A DNA stretch of 64,000 nucleotides from Phoronis australis (taxonomy: Eukaryota > Animalia > Phoronida), in NCBI GenBank assembly GCA_002633005.1, contig NMRA01000550.1:184134-248133 (forward strand), written 5' to 3'. Both the position numbers and the translations under genes were made by a program. Below, in pieces: positions 1 through 36,517 of the stretch. The stretch's first letter is position 1; every line of letters begins with the position of its first letter. The notes below the pieces were generated by a model. The model saw nothing but the letters and a program-made list of their open reading frames with translations. It was not told the origin of the DNA and ran no database searches.

Positions 1-95
1 AGACAACGGTAGCTTAGCAGTTTCCACATTTTAAGAACTGTCCCTCATCAGTGCAACAGCATGCCTGAATAGCATTGAACAATAAGCACACTTAC

Positions 96-24082
<23,987 letters not shown>

Positions 24083-24384
24083 GTTTTTCTTGTCCGGTTG
24101 GTCATCAGAGAAACTTCGTTTTCGCTTCCTTCCCTGGATTTCTATTTTTGAAGTCTGTGGTTGAGGCGGCACTTTGGCTGCTTGAAGAAACAGGTACCCC
24201 TAATAAATTAAAGTTAAATGGCAAAAACTTTACGAACATTGACAGCAAAATTTTACCCCTGCTCGCGAAACACGCATGAAAGTAAGTCCGTCACAGGGGA
24301 AGAATAGCGACGAATCAAGTGATAGTTTACTGGGATTTCCGGAACTTCAGCCAATCATAACAGACGTTGCATATGTAAACCAAG
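24083..24384. promoter_or_regulatory. Bidirectional promoter between USP19 and CBLL1
   Basis: Start codons are 302 bp apart, head-to-head. Palindromic ETS core TTCCGGAA (~24337), CCAAT box (~24351) and YY1-like CAAGATGG over the Hakai ATG. Confidence 0.65.
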
Positions 24385-24397
24385 ATGGACGACCAAG
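24385..24397 (+). CDS. CBLL1: Hakai exon 1 (MDDQ)
   Basis: caagATGGACGACCAAG|gtgaga; phase 1 fits exon 2; resembles the short MD start of Hakai proteins. Confidence 0.65.
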
Positions 24398-27300
24398 GTG
24401 AGATAGTGTGGAAAAATATAGAAATGATCTTTACCCAGTGTTTTCAATGAAACTATTTAATCTGCTAATTGAAAATTTTGTCTAAATTTCACCCATAATC
24501 TATTTTGCGTCGTATGTTTGTATGATTTCACGTAACTGTTTTCACATGCAGGGCTCGACATAACGAGCTGCAAGTCGCATTTGACCTGAAATTTGGAAAC
24601 GCGAGCTGAGATATTTGTCAGCTCGTATCAAGTCGCAAAATGCGACCTGGAATTTTCAACGTATGCGAGTTTTAACACTTCTCGGCAGATACCGGGCAAA
24701 TATAAAGCAACTCTTGTTCATCCCACCGTTATTTGGTTGTTGCCAAATCCTAGTTCAAAACAAACACTAACCGAGAACAGACCTCCCGATGACTTGTAAG
24801 CAAGTCGCATGACCATGGGATATGCAGAATCGATCTTTGACGCGTATCATTGTCTAACATTTTCGGCCACTTGCAAATTTCCGGATTCGCCGAAGAAAGT
24901 TTCGAGCCACTGCATAACTCGTGATAAAACGTCACAAAACAGCTGTGTTTCTACTAATTCTTAAGCTGTCAACTTACCAAACTTTGTGATGGACAGCTAT
25001 GTTTATTTTTCGCGTAAGATGTCCTTATTACATGTACCAAATATCCACCACAATATCCCTGATATCGCACTGCGGCACTGGTCGGTCCCGTTGTTAGCGC
25101 GCAAGCGGTACCTGCAAACAATCGTGATTTAGAGATGTGCGTCTACTTTTTATCGCATAAGACAGCCAAAGTGAAAATAACAAGCATATTAATCGCTAAA
25201 CGATGGCCACGTCTTTACTTTCAGTTGCCAAGAAATTCTCAAACCCCTTTAGGCCTACTTGTTTCTTGGGCTATGTACACGATATATGATTTTAGACCGG
25301 CAGCCCAGAGCACTTAGCATAGATGAACGAGGTACCAACATCTGACCACGGGAGCATTTAGATTCCACCTCAGTATGTACAGAAATGGACGTCTGCCGTT
25401 GTTTGCACTCTGGGTGTGACCCCTGGGTGCCTTACAAAGGACCCAAAAATGAGCTAGGACTAGATATTGGAGGTACCGCCCAAAACTGATTGAAAACGAA
25501 CAATAGCACCGCACTGAACATGGAATGACCCATGACAGACAAATTGCACTCTGGAATGGGTCCGTCAGAATCCAAAAAGGACCCCCCAAAAATGAGCTAG
25601 CACATACATTCGAAGTACCGCACAAAACCAATTCCATATGACTCAATACATGTCACAGATCACTAAATGCCCTGCATGAACGAACTCAATATTGCGATCT
25701 AAAATCTGTGAGTATTTAACGCTGCAGGTAAGAGCATAATCTAAACACTTTCTCGATGATCTAAAAATCAATTTTGGCGTGTAAAAATGGCGGGAAAATT
25801 TTGCGACCTCACATTTATGAATGCGAGCTGGATTTTGAAAATGCGACCTGGGATTTTGGCTAGGTAGCAAAATGCGACCTGGCGATTTTAATAGCGTCAA
25901 GGCCTGACATTGCTTAAAAGCAATTACATCGGGGCCGGGGGGTCCCCGACTCCTACTCCACACAGGCGTCCTCAGCTTCTGATCGTCCCCAGTACACTAC
26001 ATATATGCTGCAAGGACTAGAAATTCCACAGGTGCTTCACTTCAGCCGTCCATAGCAAACACAAAATTCTATAAATTTACACAAAACGGGTTCAATTGTT
26101 CTTTCAGCCAGTCAATACCATTTTCAGTGTCCTGCTCCACCGAGTTCACAACAAATTCGCGGTCAAAACACAAAAATCTTCTCAAAAAGTGGCTGCATAC
26201 CAGCAATATGCTACACAGAAATTGCCGGTTTGTCACGGAAGGTCACGACTTCAATAACTCCATACTTAGAGACCATTTCGTAACCTTCCGTGGTGTCGTG
26301 GTGAACTGGCAATTGCTTGCAATTCGTAACGCATCAGATTATTCCGTACCCTACTTGACCTTGACCTCGTGAAGCATATTGCTAGTATGCAGTGACTTTT
26401 TGAGAAGATTTTAGTGTTTTGACCGCATATTTGTTGCGAACTCTGTGGAGCAGGACACTGTAAATGGTATTGGCAGAAAGAACAATTCCTCATTTTTTGT
26501 TGAACCCCTGTTTTGTGTAAATTTGTATTTATCCACAACTTATTGGAAAAAGAATAATTGATTAGAAGAATCAGTGAAAAAACTGGCTAATAGGTGATAC
26601 TCTATTTTATGTCTCAAATTAGAGAATTTTTATCATCGTACAATGAACAGTACACCACTGCAGCAGTTAATATCAGGCCACTCTTAAACATACTAATGTT
26701 GTCGTCCAATCACAACTGTGAGCTTGTCAGGCAAATCTTCACGTTCCTTTTTCATTGTCTTCACACGTCCAATTTCATCCTTGGAAACGAACATTCCTGG
26801 TCAACTGGGTTTCCTCCGACTTTTTTCAGATTTTTTTGCTGTTGTAAATCAAGTCAGGCGCATTTCTCCTTTTGTAGTGTGTATGAGTGATATGTAGCTG
26901 GTTTGTATTACTGATCACAAGCCCTATAATAGTGTTCATGTGTTGATTATTCAGACTGATTAGTAGAATTTGTTTTCCAGAACTGGACTTTGACTCAAGT
27001 GATACTAGCAATTCAATGAATCAAGAAGTGAGAAAGAATATTCCTCTCAAGCTGAAGTCTCCAGGCCGTGGAAGGGGGCGGGGGAGGGGGCGTAAGAAAG
27101 GAGGAGTGGGGCGTGGCCGGAGAAAGAAGACTGATGTTGATGACAATGATACAGAAAATGATCAGCTTCCAGCACCAGGTAACAGTCGCTGGAGATGAGG
27201 CCATACAACCTACCATTACCAGTGGTATTACACACATGACAAATTAAGGAATTTGTTGCAGCTTCACTTTGTCAACCTCTCAGAAGTTGAGCCGTGTGCA

Positions 27301-30300
27301 AACACAGTGTTGGTGTAGGGGTGATTAATAGTTAAAGTGTTTTTCATTGGTCAATCATATCTTGAATTAGTTCAAATGACCAATCACATATTAAAAGGAA
27401 ACACAATACTTATGTTGAATTATTGAGGAGCACGTATTGCTTGACTTACTCCATTCCATTTCTTGCAGAGATTGTGCGTGAGAGTTTCGAGTCTAATGCT
27501 TTGGTTGACCGACATTTTGAGCCAATGGAAGTGAAGCCTACAGGGCCACCTGAGCCCACCAAACTGAACTGGGACCACAAGGTGGTGTAATTTCTGTCTC
27601 GTTTTACTACTGCACATTGCATAATTAACTATAGGTGGCGCTCTAGCACAATGACCGATTGGGACCACAAGATAGTGTACATCCTCTCTCGCATGACAAC
27701 TGCACATTGTATGGTTAACAATAGATGGCGCTGCAGTACAATGACCAATGCTTTATGAATTCTCTTGAGAAAACGATAAACTGTCTGGTGAGCTTAAAGG
27801 GGCATGCTTATCTTTTTTGACGATTTTTAATCTGGAATTTTTATCTACTTTGGATAGATAAAGTAACTATGCTTTTATTTTACTCCTTATCTTTTTTAAC
27901 CCTTCAATAGTCGCGACGTAATACTATATGAAATGGTTCGTCAGGTATGCCAAGGTGAAGGTCGTCTTTGACAGATTTTTCATTTTCACTTGTCAGAAGT
28001 AACAAACAATTTTATTGCATGTGTTTTTTTAGTTTTGAGACTTGATTTGACTTTTTTATTTTCTTTGTGAGCACGAGGCTTCGGAAAATCATTGTACAAC
28101 AGTAAATGTTTTGAAATGTCCGTAGCTTCAATTCTAGAATATGGATCTGGAATTTGGGAATACTCTCAGTACTCAAAATGCGAAATGATCAGAGCAAGAA
28201 CACTACATATATTTTAGGGGTCCACAAGTATGCTGCCAATGCAGTACTTTTTGGCGACTCAGGTTGGCCAAATTCACACTACAAACAACATGAAAATATG
28301 CGAAGGCTCTGGAATCGTTTAGTTCTAATGGGTGAAAGCAGAATTGCAAAAAAAAGTCTTTTTATGGGACCTTAAACATCGGAACTCCTGCAATTGGTCA
28401 AGTTCAATATTTAAAATTATGGAGAAATGCGATTTTTAGAAAATTTCAGGAAAAAACAACTTGTGTCTCTCGAAAACTTCAAAACATTCAGGTTCCATTT
28501 AGATGAGTTAAACTGGTTAAAAATAATCAATGAGAAACCGAAACTGCTTATATAGATCGGTTAAGAATGACTATTGTGTAGAAGAGTATTTACGTCTGCT
28601 GGTGTCTTAGAGGTCCGTTATAGCTCGATTGAGAGCAGGTATCCTACCATTAAGGGTTGATGTGGGGCGGTACTGAGGAATTCCTGTGAATGAACGGATT
28701 TGTCGTGTTTGTAGAAACGGAATTGAAGATGAAGTTCATTTCATTTTTGGTTGTGAAAAATATACTCACCTTCAACCATTTTTTATACGGAATTCTGCCC
28801 TACCTCAAATATTCCAAAATAACTTGAAAGGTCTAGCGAAATTCATTCAAGACGCTTTGCAGGTTAGAAGTAGTTATTTGTTTATAAACTAGTCTGAAGT
28901 GGTCATATTTGAGTGTGTGCAATATGTTATGTAATGGTTTGATTATTAGTAGGTGACTGAGTAAGCCCATTGAGGCTTGGAGGGTGTGGTGAATATTCTG
29001 TCTTTGAGATTGTATTTACTGGCACCCTTATGTCACATTAATGAATGAATAATAATAATAAAAAATGAGACCAGGGCAGAGTTAGGTAAGACTATGACCT
29101 CGCTAAAATCATTGTACAAACTTAGAAGTGGACAGAGTTCAGTAATGCTATGACATTGCTAATATCATTGTACAAACTGAGACGTGGGCAGAGTTCAGTT
29201 GCGCTATGACTTCGCTAAAATCATTGTACAAACTGAGACGTGGGCAGAGTTCAGTTACGCTATGACTTTGCTAAAACCAACTGAATTGTGGGCAGAGTTC
29301 AGTACAAACTGAGACATGGGCAGAGTTCAGTAACGCTATGACCTCGCTAAAATCATTGTACAAACTGAGACATGGGCAGAGTGCAGTAACGCTATGACCT
29401 CGCTAAAATCATTGTACAAACTGAGACATGGGCAGAGTTCAGTAACGCTATGACCTCGTTAAAATCATTGTACAAACTGAGACATAGGCAGAGTTCAGTA
29501 ACGCTATGACCTCGCTAAAATCATTGTACAAACCGAGACATGGGCAGAGTGCAGTAACGCTATGACCTCGCTAAAATCATTGTACAAACTGAGACCTGGG
29601 CAGAGTTCTGTAACGCTATGACCTCGCTAAGTTCTAGCCAAGATCATGTGTTCTCATTTAAAATACACAGCAATATCTCACATTATAGTGTGAACTCTAC
29701 CCTGGTACTAGATTTGACTGCCACCTATTGGAGAGACTTTCCATTTAGGCTGTAAAGTGAAAATGGAACGCCATGTTTATAAAACATGCCAGATTACATG
29801 TGGATTCAATGGTTGATTGGCTTGTGTATTATTGACATAATGCTTCAGTGGAACCATGCGAATACCTCTCTTGTAATAAACGTGCCTGTTGCTAGTCATT
29901 TAACCAATCTGATGTCCATCATACAGGTGAACCTGATTGGTGAGAAAGTGGTGGACCCTCTGATACATTGTTGTGAGAAGTGCACCCTACCTATTCTGAT
30001 CTATGGCAGAATGGTAAGTGAACACACGCCTTCAGATGGTGACTATGTGAAAAAATATCTTATTTCTCAAAAGAAGGAAAAAACAGCAAATGCCGACTAA
30101 TAACTATCTAGTAATGGAAAAGGTACGAAATTCACCGCACCATTCATGCACCCACGCACTCTTAATGAACATGTTACTTCAAAATTATACATGTGCGAGT
30201 AAATATATGTCTTAAGTATTTACAGAGGGCTTCCCAAAAGCTGAAATTCAGGGTTTTTTTTAATTGATGATCAACTTTCGTCTAACTTTGTTATAATGAT

Positions 30301-32713
30301 ACAAGGAATATAAAAATTTTTCAAATAGTTATCGTTGTAGTTCTACAATAAGGCCAAGTTACTCTTTCAAATTTGGATGGCTGGGCCACAGTCATTAAGT
30401 AGTCGCGTTTCGTGATCCAGTCATTGTAAGTCCGCTAGGATGGCTGCCCTCACTTGGGCTCTAACGCGAATATACACGGAACCAGAGTCTGCGATGATTG
30501 TTCTTATTTTACGTGATAGTCATTCCTTAAATTCTTTTGAGGAAATCATTTTTGTGATTTATAATGACTTTGTTTTCATTGTTGTGCAAAACATGTTTAT
30601 GTTCTGTATTCGGAAACAGAGGTCCGAAAGGTGATCTCGAGGTCACGTTTCAAGCTCAACACAAGGTCATGTTTCATTCAATTTTCTAGCTCCCCTGCCG
30701 TCATGTCTTTTGTTTTGACTGTGCCAAGCAGACTGAGAAGACATGCCCAAGGTGAGTCAGGAATTATGTCCCCTGTCCCAGTTTGGGCTGTGGTTCTCCA
30801 CTCATCTTTTGGGGTTAATTTTTATGTGCTCACCTATATCTAATATTACATGTTGTAGTCATCTCTGCATGTGCTTACATATATCTAATATTACATGTTG
30901 TAGTCATCTCTGCATGTGCTCACCTATATGTAATATTACATGTTGTAGTCATCTCTGCATGTGCTCACATATATCTAATATTACATGTTGTAGTCATCTC
31001 TGCATGTGCTCACCTATATCTAATATTACATGTTGTAGTCATCTCTGCATGTGCTCACCTATATCTAATATTACATGTTGTAGTCATCTCTGCATGTGCT
31101 CACCTATATCTAATATTACATGTTGTAGTCATCTCTGCACAGCCAGGTCTTCATGAAGTTTGCGAGTGTGTCTCTAGGAATATGACGGATGAGGACAACT
31201 AATTAGATAAATTGAGCTACGAATGCACCACCTAGTGACAATTTTATAGTTTTGGGCTTGTTATTTGATTGCCTAGTGCATTGATGGATCTTTACAATAC
31301 TTAGGAGAAATGTTTGTATGAAAGGTGGATCGATCATGTGGTGCACCACCTAGTTTCAACTGAAGAATTTGGGGTTTTTTGACGTCCTCTCTGCCAAATG
31401 TCTTGAAATTTGAGGGATATGTTTCTATTGACAAGAGGATGACTGACATCCATTTTTGGAACACTCTCAATACTGCTATGCTCCTTTTGGCAATTTTAGT
31501 TTTTTTTTCTTGGGATGCAGGGCAACCTATTGATAATTTCAGTTTCTCCGCAATATCAGCGTCTACCAGGCTTGCATTTGCCAATTTTCAGATGACCAGA
31601 TCTGCCTCCTGCATGGAAATGCTTGAAAAAATGATCACCCCGATTATCTTCTGAGTGTAAAATATCAAGACTTTCACACATGTCTATTAAATGTTTCTCA
31701 CTTTAGTCTGTAGACAATCATGGGATTGAGGACACTACATAAGCACATTGACCAAAAGAAGAGTTTATGTCTGTTGTTACTTGTCTTGTTTTGTTTTGTT
31801 TGGTAGGTGTAAGGAGACTGTGACTAGAATTGAGCAATCAGCGCTGGGAACTGTGTTTGTGTGCACCTTTGGAGGTAGTAAACATGGTAGTGGTGGGTGT
31901 CGACGTACATACCTATCTCAACGAGATCTCCAGGCGCATATGAATCATCGTCACATGAAGCAAGCTGCTGCAGACTCCTCACATGTCGAGGCCAGTCAAC
32001 CGCCTCAGCATGGTGACACTAATGTGTTCCGGAGGCCTGAAGATCCTAGGAGACTGCCTGAGGACCCACGCAGAACCTTGGAAGACCCTCGTCGACCTTT
32101 GGACGACCCTCGTCGACCTCTGGATGATCCCCGGCGTCCGCTTGAGGATCCTCGCCAGCAACCTGTTCATTTCCAACCTCCACTTTCTCAGGGGCATGTA
32201 CGTCCACAGATTGTTGGCCAACAACCTCTGCCTCCTGTTTCTGACACATTCAGCATCCCAGTCATGTCGAACAGGGGAAGCAACTTAATTTCTGTCCCAA
32301 TTCAAGACGAGTCTAGGCAAGACTTTGGTAGACAGGGAGAGCCCCCTAGTAACTATCTTCGTCAACAGCCTGTCTCTATTCCATTCGATGGACATCAACA
32401 TTTCTCTCAGGGTCCCCCAATGGGAGCTCCTGTTGTGTCACCACAGTATTCAACAGCAGGGCAGCCGCAGGCGGTCCCATACACTGGACCACCAATCAAT
32501 CATCCTGGTGCTCCTCCCATTCATCATGGTGGTCCACCTCCAAGGTGGGCTAGTGACAGCAGACCTATCACCTCGCAGTACAATCCCACTGAAGGTCATA
32601 GCACCAATATGACCTGGAGCGGTCAGCCTAACCGTGGTCCCCCTCCCAACATGGCTACTCCCGCTGTACCCATGGCCCATGTACCTCCCCCAAGAGGGCA
32701 GTACTATCAATAA
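24385..32713 (+). CDS. CBLL1: E3 ubiquitin ligase Hakai / CBLL1 (m6A writer-associated), complete, 6 exons, about 459 aa
   Basis: Exons 24385-24397, 26981-27178, 27469-27581, 29927-30013, 30690-30751 and 31807-32713 total 1380 nt in phase. They give [52 protein letters not shown]...CPRC, HYB motif [20 protein letters not shown] and a Pro-rich tail. Confidence 0.93.
24549..25906. mobile_element. Second copy (inverted) of the same hAT-like family with a different core
   Basis: 24549-~25110 is the reverse complement of ~3055-3557 and ~25670-25906 of 1599-~1830. Confidence 0.8.
26981..27178 (+). CDS. CBLL1: Hakai exon 2
   Basis: ELDFDSS...[20 protein letters not shown]; ttccag/gtaaca. Confidence 0.85.
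27469..27581 (+). CDS. CBLL1: Hakai exon 3
   Basis: EIVRESFE...PTKLNWDHK. Confidence 0.85.
28110..29065 (+). mobile_element. Degenerate non-LTR retrotransposon 3' end (RTE-X-like)
   Basis: Frameshifted [61 protein letters not shown] (CCHC), and an ATGA/AAT/A-rich tail. Confidence 0.75.
29065..29680. repeat. 56-bp minisatellite (~10 copies) derived from a MITE end
   Basis: Unit GGGCAGAGTTCAGTAACGCTATGACCTCGCTAAAATCATTGTACAAACTGAGACAT runs into the MITE body at ~29630. Confidence 0.9.
29927..30013 (+). CDS. CBLL1: Hakai exon 4 (RING start)
   Basis: [29 protein letters not shown]|gtaagt. Confidence 0.95.
30690..30751 (+). CDS. CBLL1: Hakai exon 5 (RING)
   Basis: [20 protein letters not shown]|gtgagt. 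Confidence 0.93.
30826..31140. repeat. 45-bp minisatellite (7 copies)
   Basis: GCTCACCTATATCTAATATTACATGTTGTAGTCATCTCTGCATGT. Confidence 0.92.
31807..32713 (+). CDS. CBLL1: Hakai exon 6 (HYB zinc finger, DPR repeats, Pro-rich tail)
   Basis: [19 protein letters not shown]...[20 protein letters not shown]...YYQ*. Confidence 0.95.
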
Positions 32714-33809
32714 GCAATTTTGTCGTGTTAAGTCGTCATTTTATTCATTGTATTTTTGTTTTATGACAAGAACTTTTAAGTAGAGATCACATTGTCATGT
32801 TTTAGGAGATATGTTCCAAGTGCTTATGTGATGAGTCTCAAGCAAACTTGTATCAAAGTTTTTCATAGACAAGCCCAGCTGATGAAATTCAAAGTTGGCA
32901 CGTGTGAAGACATTTTTTATAAAATACACCCATAATGTATATTGGGGAAAATATGCATGGTTGACACTTAAAAGCTTTCCGAATTTCAGGGGAAATGCTC
33001 TCCGAAGCTTAAGATATTTCCAATCACTCACTCTTCCTACAAATTTTTATAAATGGTCACCGTTGATGCAGTATTAATGAATTGGGGTTAAAAATTCAGC
33101 ACAGTCAAATACAACTTGACTTTTGGTGGGAAATGTATGCCTAGGCTTGGCTGTGGAAAATTCTGGTATATAATTGTGAAATTTGGATAAGTCAGATTTC
33201 TGATATCAAAACTTTAGAAGAGCATTATTTTACATTCAATGAGTATCCAATGATATTGTATTGATCGTACATTGTATTGATCGTACATTGTATGGATTGT
33301 AGATTGAAAATCTTGTATTAGTTGTGCATGTTGGATTTTCTCTCTCTGATAGCTAGTAAGAAAAGATTCTTGTTATTTGTACCGTTCTTACTGGAGTTGT
33401 ACTGGACAGTTCAAGTCGAAATATTCATATCAGATCTGACTGAGTTTTTACAACGAATTTAGTGTGGTTCAGTCAGTGTTTGCAGAGATAATGCCAGCTT
33501 TTAATTAAAGCTCATTTTTTACCTTGCCTAGGTTAAAACACATTGGATTGCAATTTAAAATCAGAGTTTTTACCTCGCAGTTTCATATGAGTTAAGTACT
33601 TAAATACTTTTCAACTGTAGGTTATGTTTCCAGTGTTTACGAAAGAGCACTCTCATTTTCATGTTTGTAATTCTCTCAAAACTAGTTTCAGTAACATAAA
33701 ACAAGTTTGTGCAAGCTATATGAGTGGACTGCACTTCTAAGTACTGTTTGCTGGACAAATGTAGGCAATTTAATCACTGGTTTGACTCTCTCCTAGACAT
33801 AACTGCCTT

Positions 33810-33815
33810 AATAAA
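33810..33815 (+). terminator. Candidate polyadenylation signal of CBLL1
   Basis: AATAAA about 1.1 kb after the stop codon, followed by T-rich sequence. Confidence 0.3.
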
Positions 33816-34185
33816 TGCTTTCAGGTTCTATTGTCCAACAGTCTTTAGTATTTAGACAAACACCAGGAGAACATTCTGTAGACCTAGCTTCTGTTAAAAG
33901 CAAGATTTCACAAAATCGCGCATTGTGCGAGAGTGAGCTTGGGAATTTACTAGCCTGTGCCAACAAAATGACAGCCACTGAAGTGATTGGTTGTTGAGGT
34001 TTGAGTGTTAAATTATGGGATGGAATTCCTCATAAAGGAACTTAACCTAGGTTTTTTGCCAACTTCCTTCCAAACTACGTACTGCATAAATAGTTCCGTA
34101 AGTTTAACTGATTGTCCCTCACATTATGCACGAAACTGATTTTCTGCCCAATGAACAATACCAGTGCTTCACTGAAAAGGGTCGT

Positions 34186-34461
34186 AATAGTTGCACGAGA
34201 CGTGCCCGCATTTCTAGAACCAGTTTTCTCCACTCATTAATGGGCATCAAACTGGTTCTCAAAATGTGGGCACATTATATCCAACTATTTCCCCCATAAA
34301 GTCTCATCTGGATGTCTGCATGATTTGACTACTCAGTTCTTATACTACATTCAAGAGCTTACCATAAAAATTTGCAGAAGACCGAGACAACACCAAGGTC
34401 TTCGAAAACGTCTGCCCATTTTTAAGGTAAACCCTTGGATGTGGTATGAGAACTGAGTAGT
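34186..34461. repeat. Two adjacent palindromic MITE-like elements (34186-34289, 34328-34461)
   Basis: AATAGTTG...CAACTATT and ACTACTCAGTTCT...AGAACTGAGTAGT fold-backs. Confidence 0.7.
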
Positions 34462-34658
34462 CTATAATATCAGCACTTGTTTATAAATTATGAATGTTGT
34501 GTAATTTTTTAAGCCAGATTGTGAGTTAATTTGTCCGTTAGAAACTCCATGTTCAGTGTAGGTCACACTTTCGTAATATGTTGCCCATTGCTTCAAAACA
34601 CAGTTGGCTTTTTGCAAAAAAAGTTGAAAAGAACAAAGTAATGTGAAAAAGTTGTTGG

Positions 34659-34664
34659 CTTTAT
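34659..34664 (-). terminator. Candidate polyadenylation signal of laminin beta
   Basis: AATAAA on the minus strand followed by a T-rich tract; would give a 3' UTR of about 1.7 kb. Confidence 0.4.
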
Positions 34665-34822
34665 TTTATGGTCTATCCTACAAAAGTATAAAGTGAGCAC
34701 GTAAAACATGGTACATGATAAAATACATAAAATGTCTATACAGCATAAATTGGGACAAGTTTTAAAGCATGATTACTGTTACTCCATGTGTGCGATCATC
34801 ACTATGGTTGAGCTATGTTATG

Positions 34823-35128
34823 CACTATTACAGACTGAACAGTGTAATACTATTGTTACACACTGAACAGTGTAACACTATTGTTACAGACTGAACAGTG
34901 TAACACTATTACAGACTGAACAGTGTAACACTATTGTTACAGACTGAACAGTGTAACACTATTACAGACTGAACAGTGTAACACTATTGTTACAGACTGA
35001 ACAGTGTAACGCTATTGTTGTTACAGACTGAGCAGTGAAACTATTGTTACAGACAGTGAACAGTTTTACACTATTGTTACAGACAGTGAACAGATGAACA
35101 CTTTTGTTACAGACAGTGAACACTATTG
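34823..35128. repeat. 25-28-bp minisatellite in the probable laminin 3' UTR
   Basis: ACAGACTGAACAGTGTAACACTATTGTT. Confidence 0.9.
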
Positions 35129-36368
35129 GTAATTTGACAACAGAATGCTTTCATGAACAAGGCTTGAACAGGAAAACATAAAATTAATATGCTGTTTACA
35201 AATGTTAATATTTCAAGTTCAGGAATTCCTCATTTCTCCTGGGTGAAAAGATGTCTACAAGAAAACCTTGTTAGTTGAGTTCCGTTCGATCCCATCTGTT
35301 TCTCTTGGTCTTCAAACCTTTATTTCCACTAACGTGCTGAAAACCACCACTTCACATCCTCTATATTTCTATCTAAGAACTACAAAAGTGCACATAAATA
35401 TAACAATCTGCTATATCAACTAGGAGATTCCCCTTCAGTGAACAAGCTACAGCGTTCCTACAAAGAAATGTTACTGGTTCACATTTTATCCGGAACAACT
35501 TGTTACCTTCTAGGTTGAACTCTTGTCTAAAAGGCATGTGAACACAGGACTGGTCCATTCAAAATATCCAACCTTAGTATGTGTTGGTCCTATTTACACA
35601 GCTGGCTAAAGAATATGTTGAGGTAACGTACAATGTCAACGATAAATAGGTGTTCGTATAATACAACACATTCAACCGTTGCTGTGACATGTACTTGCCT
35701 GGAAATTAGTTCTCATCTCCGTTGAAGGGGGGAGTACCCCATAAGTCACAGCAACAGTAGAACGTTGGCTTCATAACAACTAGACTAGCTCCAACATGGC
35801 TGAGCTATTAAATGCAGCATACACGCAATTTCAAATAAAAACCCCAAGTACAAGAAATAAGTTATCCTTGCACACAAAATAATACTGCTGATTCTATAAG
35901 CACCTTGACCTATACAGGTTCAGGGCACAACATGCTAAATGCATTATACATTAACTGGCAGTGGTTCGCTATCCATGTTCCTGGTCCTCTTGTTGAATTG
36001 CATAATATATTAATCTTGGTCAGCAAATGTCAAAGTAGATCATGGTGCTTATCGACTATCTACTGAATACTATGATTTTCATTTCTTAAATAATTTGCAC
36101 AAATTGCTCACTCGAGACCAGCTTTGAATTTGATTAAAAATTTAATACCCACAATCAAACAAAGCTTTCACAGAATTACTCATGAATTTGATTTTAAGCT
36201 TCAAAGGAAAACCCAGTTTTGATGTAGATTTTGATTTTAACGAATACTGAGCTACTGTATTTCATTGATCGAAATCGTTTTTAAGGCCACAGCCGTGCTC
36301 CTGTTCGTATCACTGTGCTAGAATTAAGCTACACAGCCAAGGTGGGCTTCAAATCCAAACTAGAGGCT

Positions 36369-36517
36369 TTACGGAGGAGTGGGATCACACCTGTTATATT
36401 CCTGGCTTCGTTGCCCAATGTCACTGTTATACTGCTTGATACGTTTAAGCAGTTCAGCAATTTTTGAAGACAGATCCACCAAAATTTTCTCATTCTTGCC
36501 AAAATCTCGCTCCATCA
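36369..36517 (-). CDS. LAMB1: Laminin beta terminal exon
   Basis: [12 protein letters not shown]...[13 protein letters not shown], with the C-terminal Y-x-x-C typical of beta chains. Confidence 0.92.

Noticed and set aside
29065-29680. CRISPR-like regularly spaced repeats (also 30826-31140 and 45455-45745)
   Set aside because: Units are contiguous with no unique spacers, there are no cas genes, and the context is eukaryotic introns
30743-31156. Cys-rich metallothionein-like ORF
   Set aside because: By-product of a 45-bp intronic minisatellite with near-identical DNA units
31273-31584. 103-aa antisense ORF in Hakai intron 5
   Set aside because: No recognisable domain; possibly a decayed repeat, but unsupported
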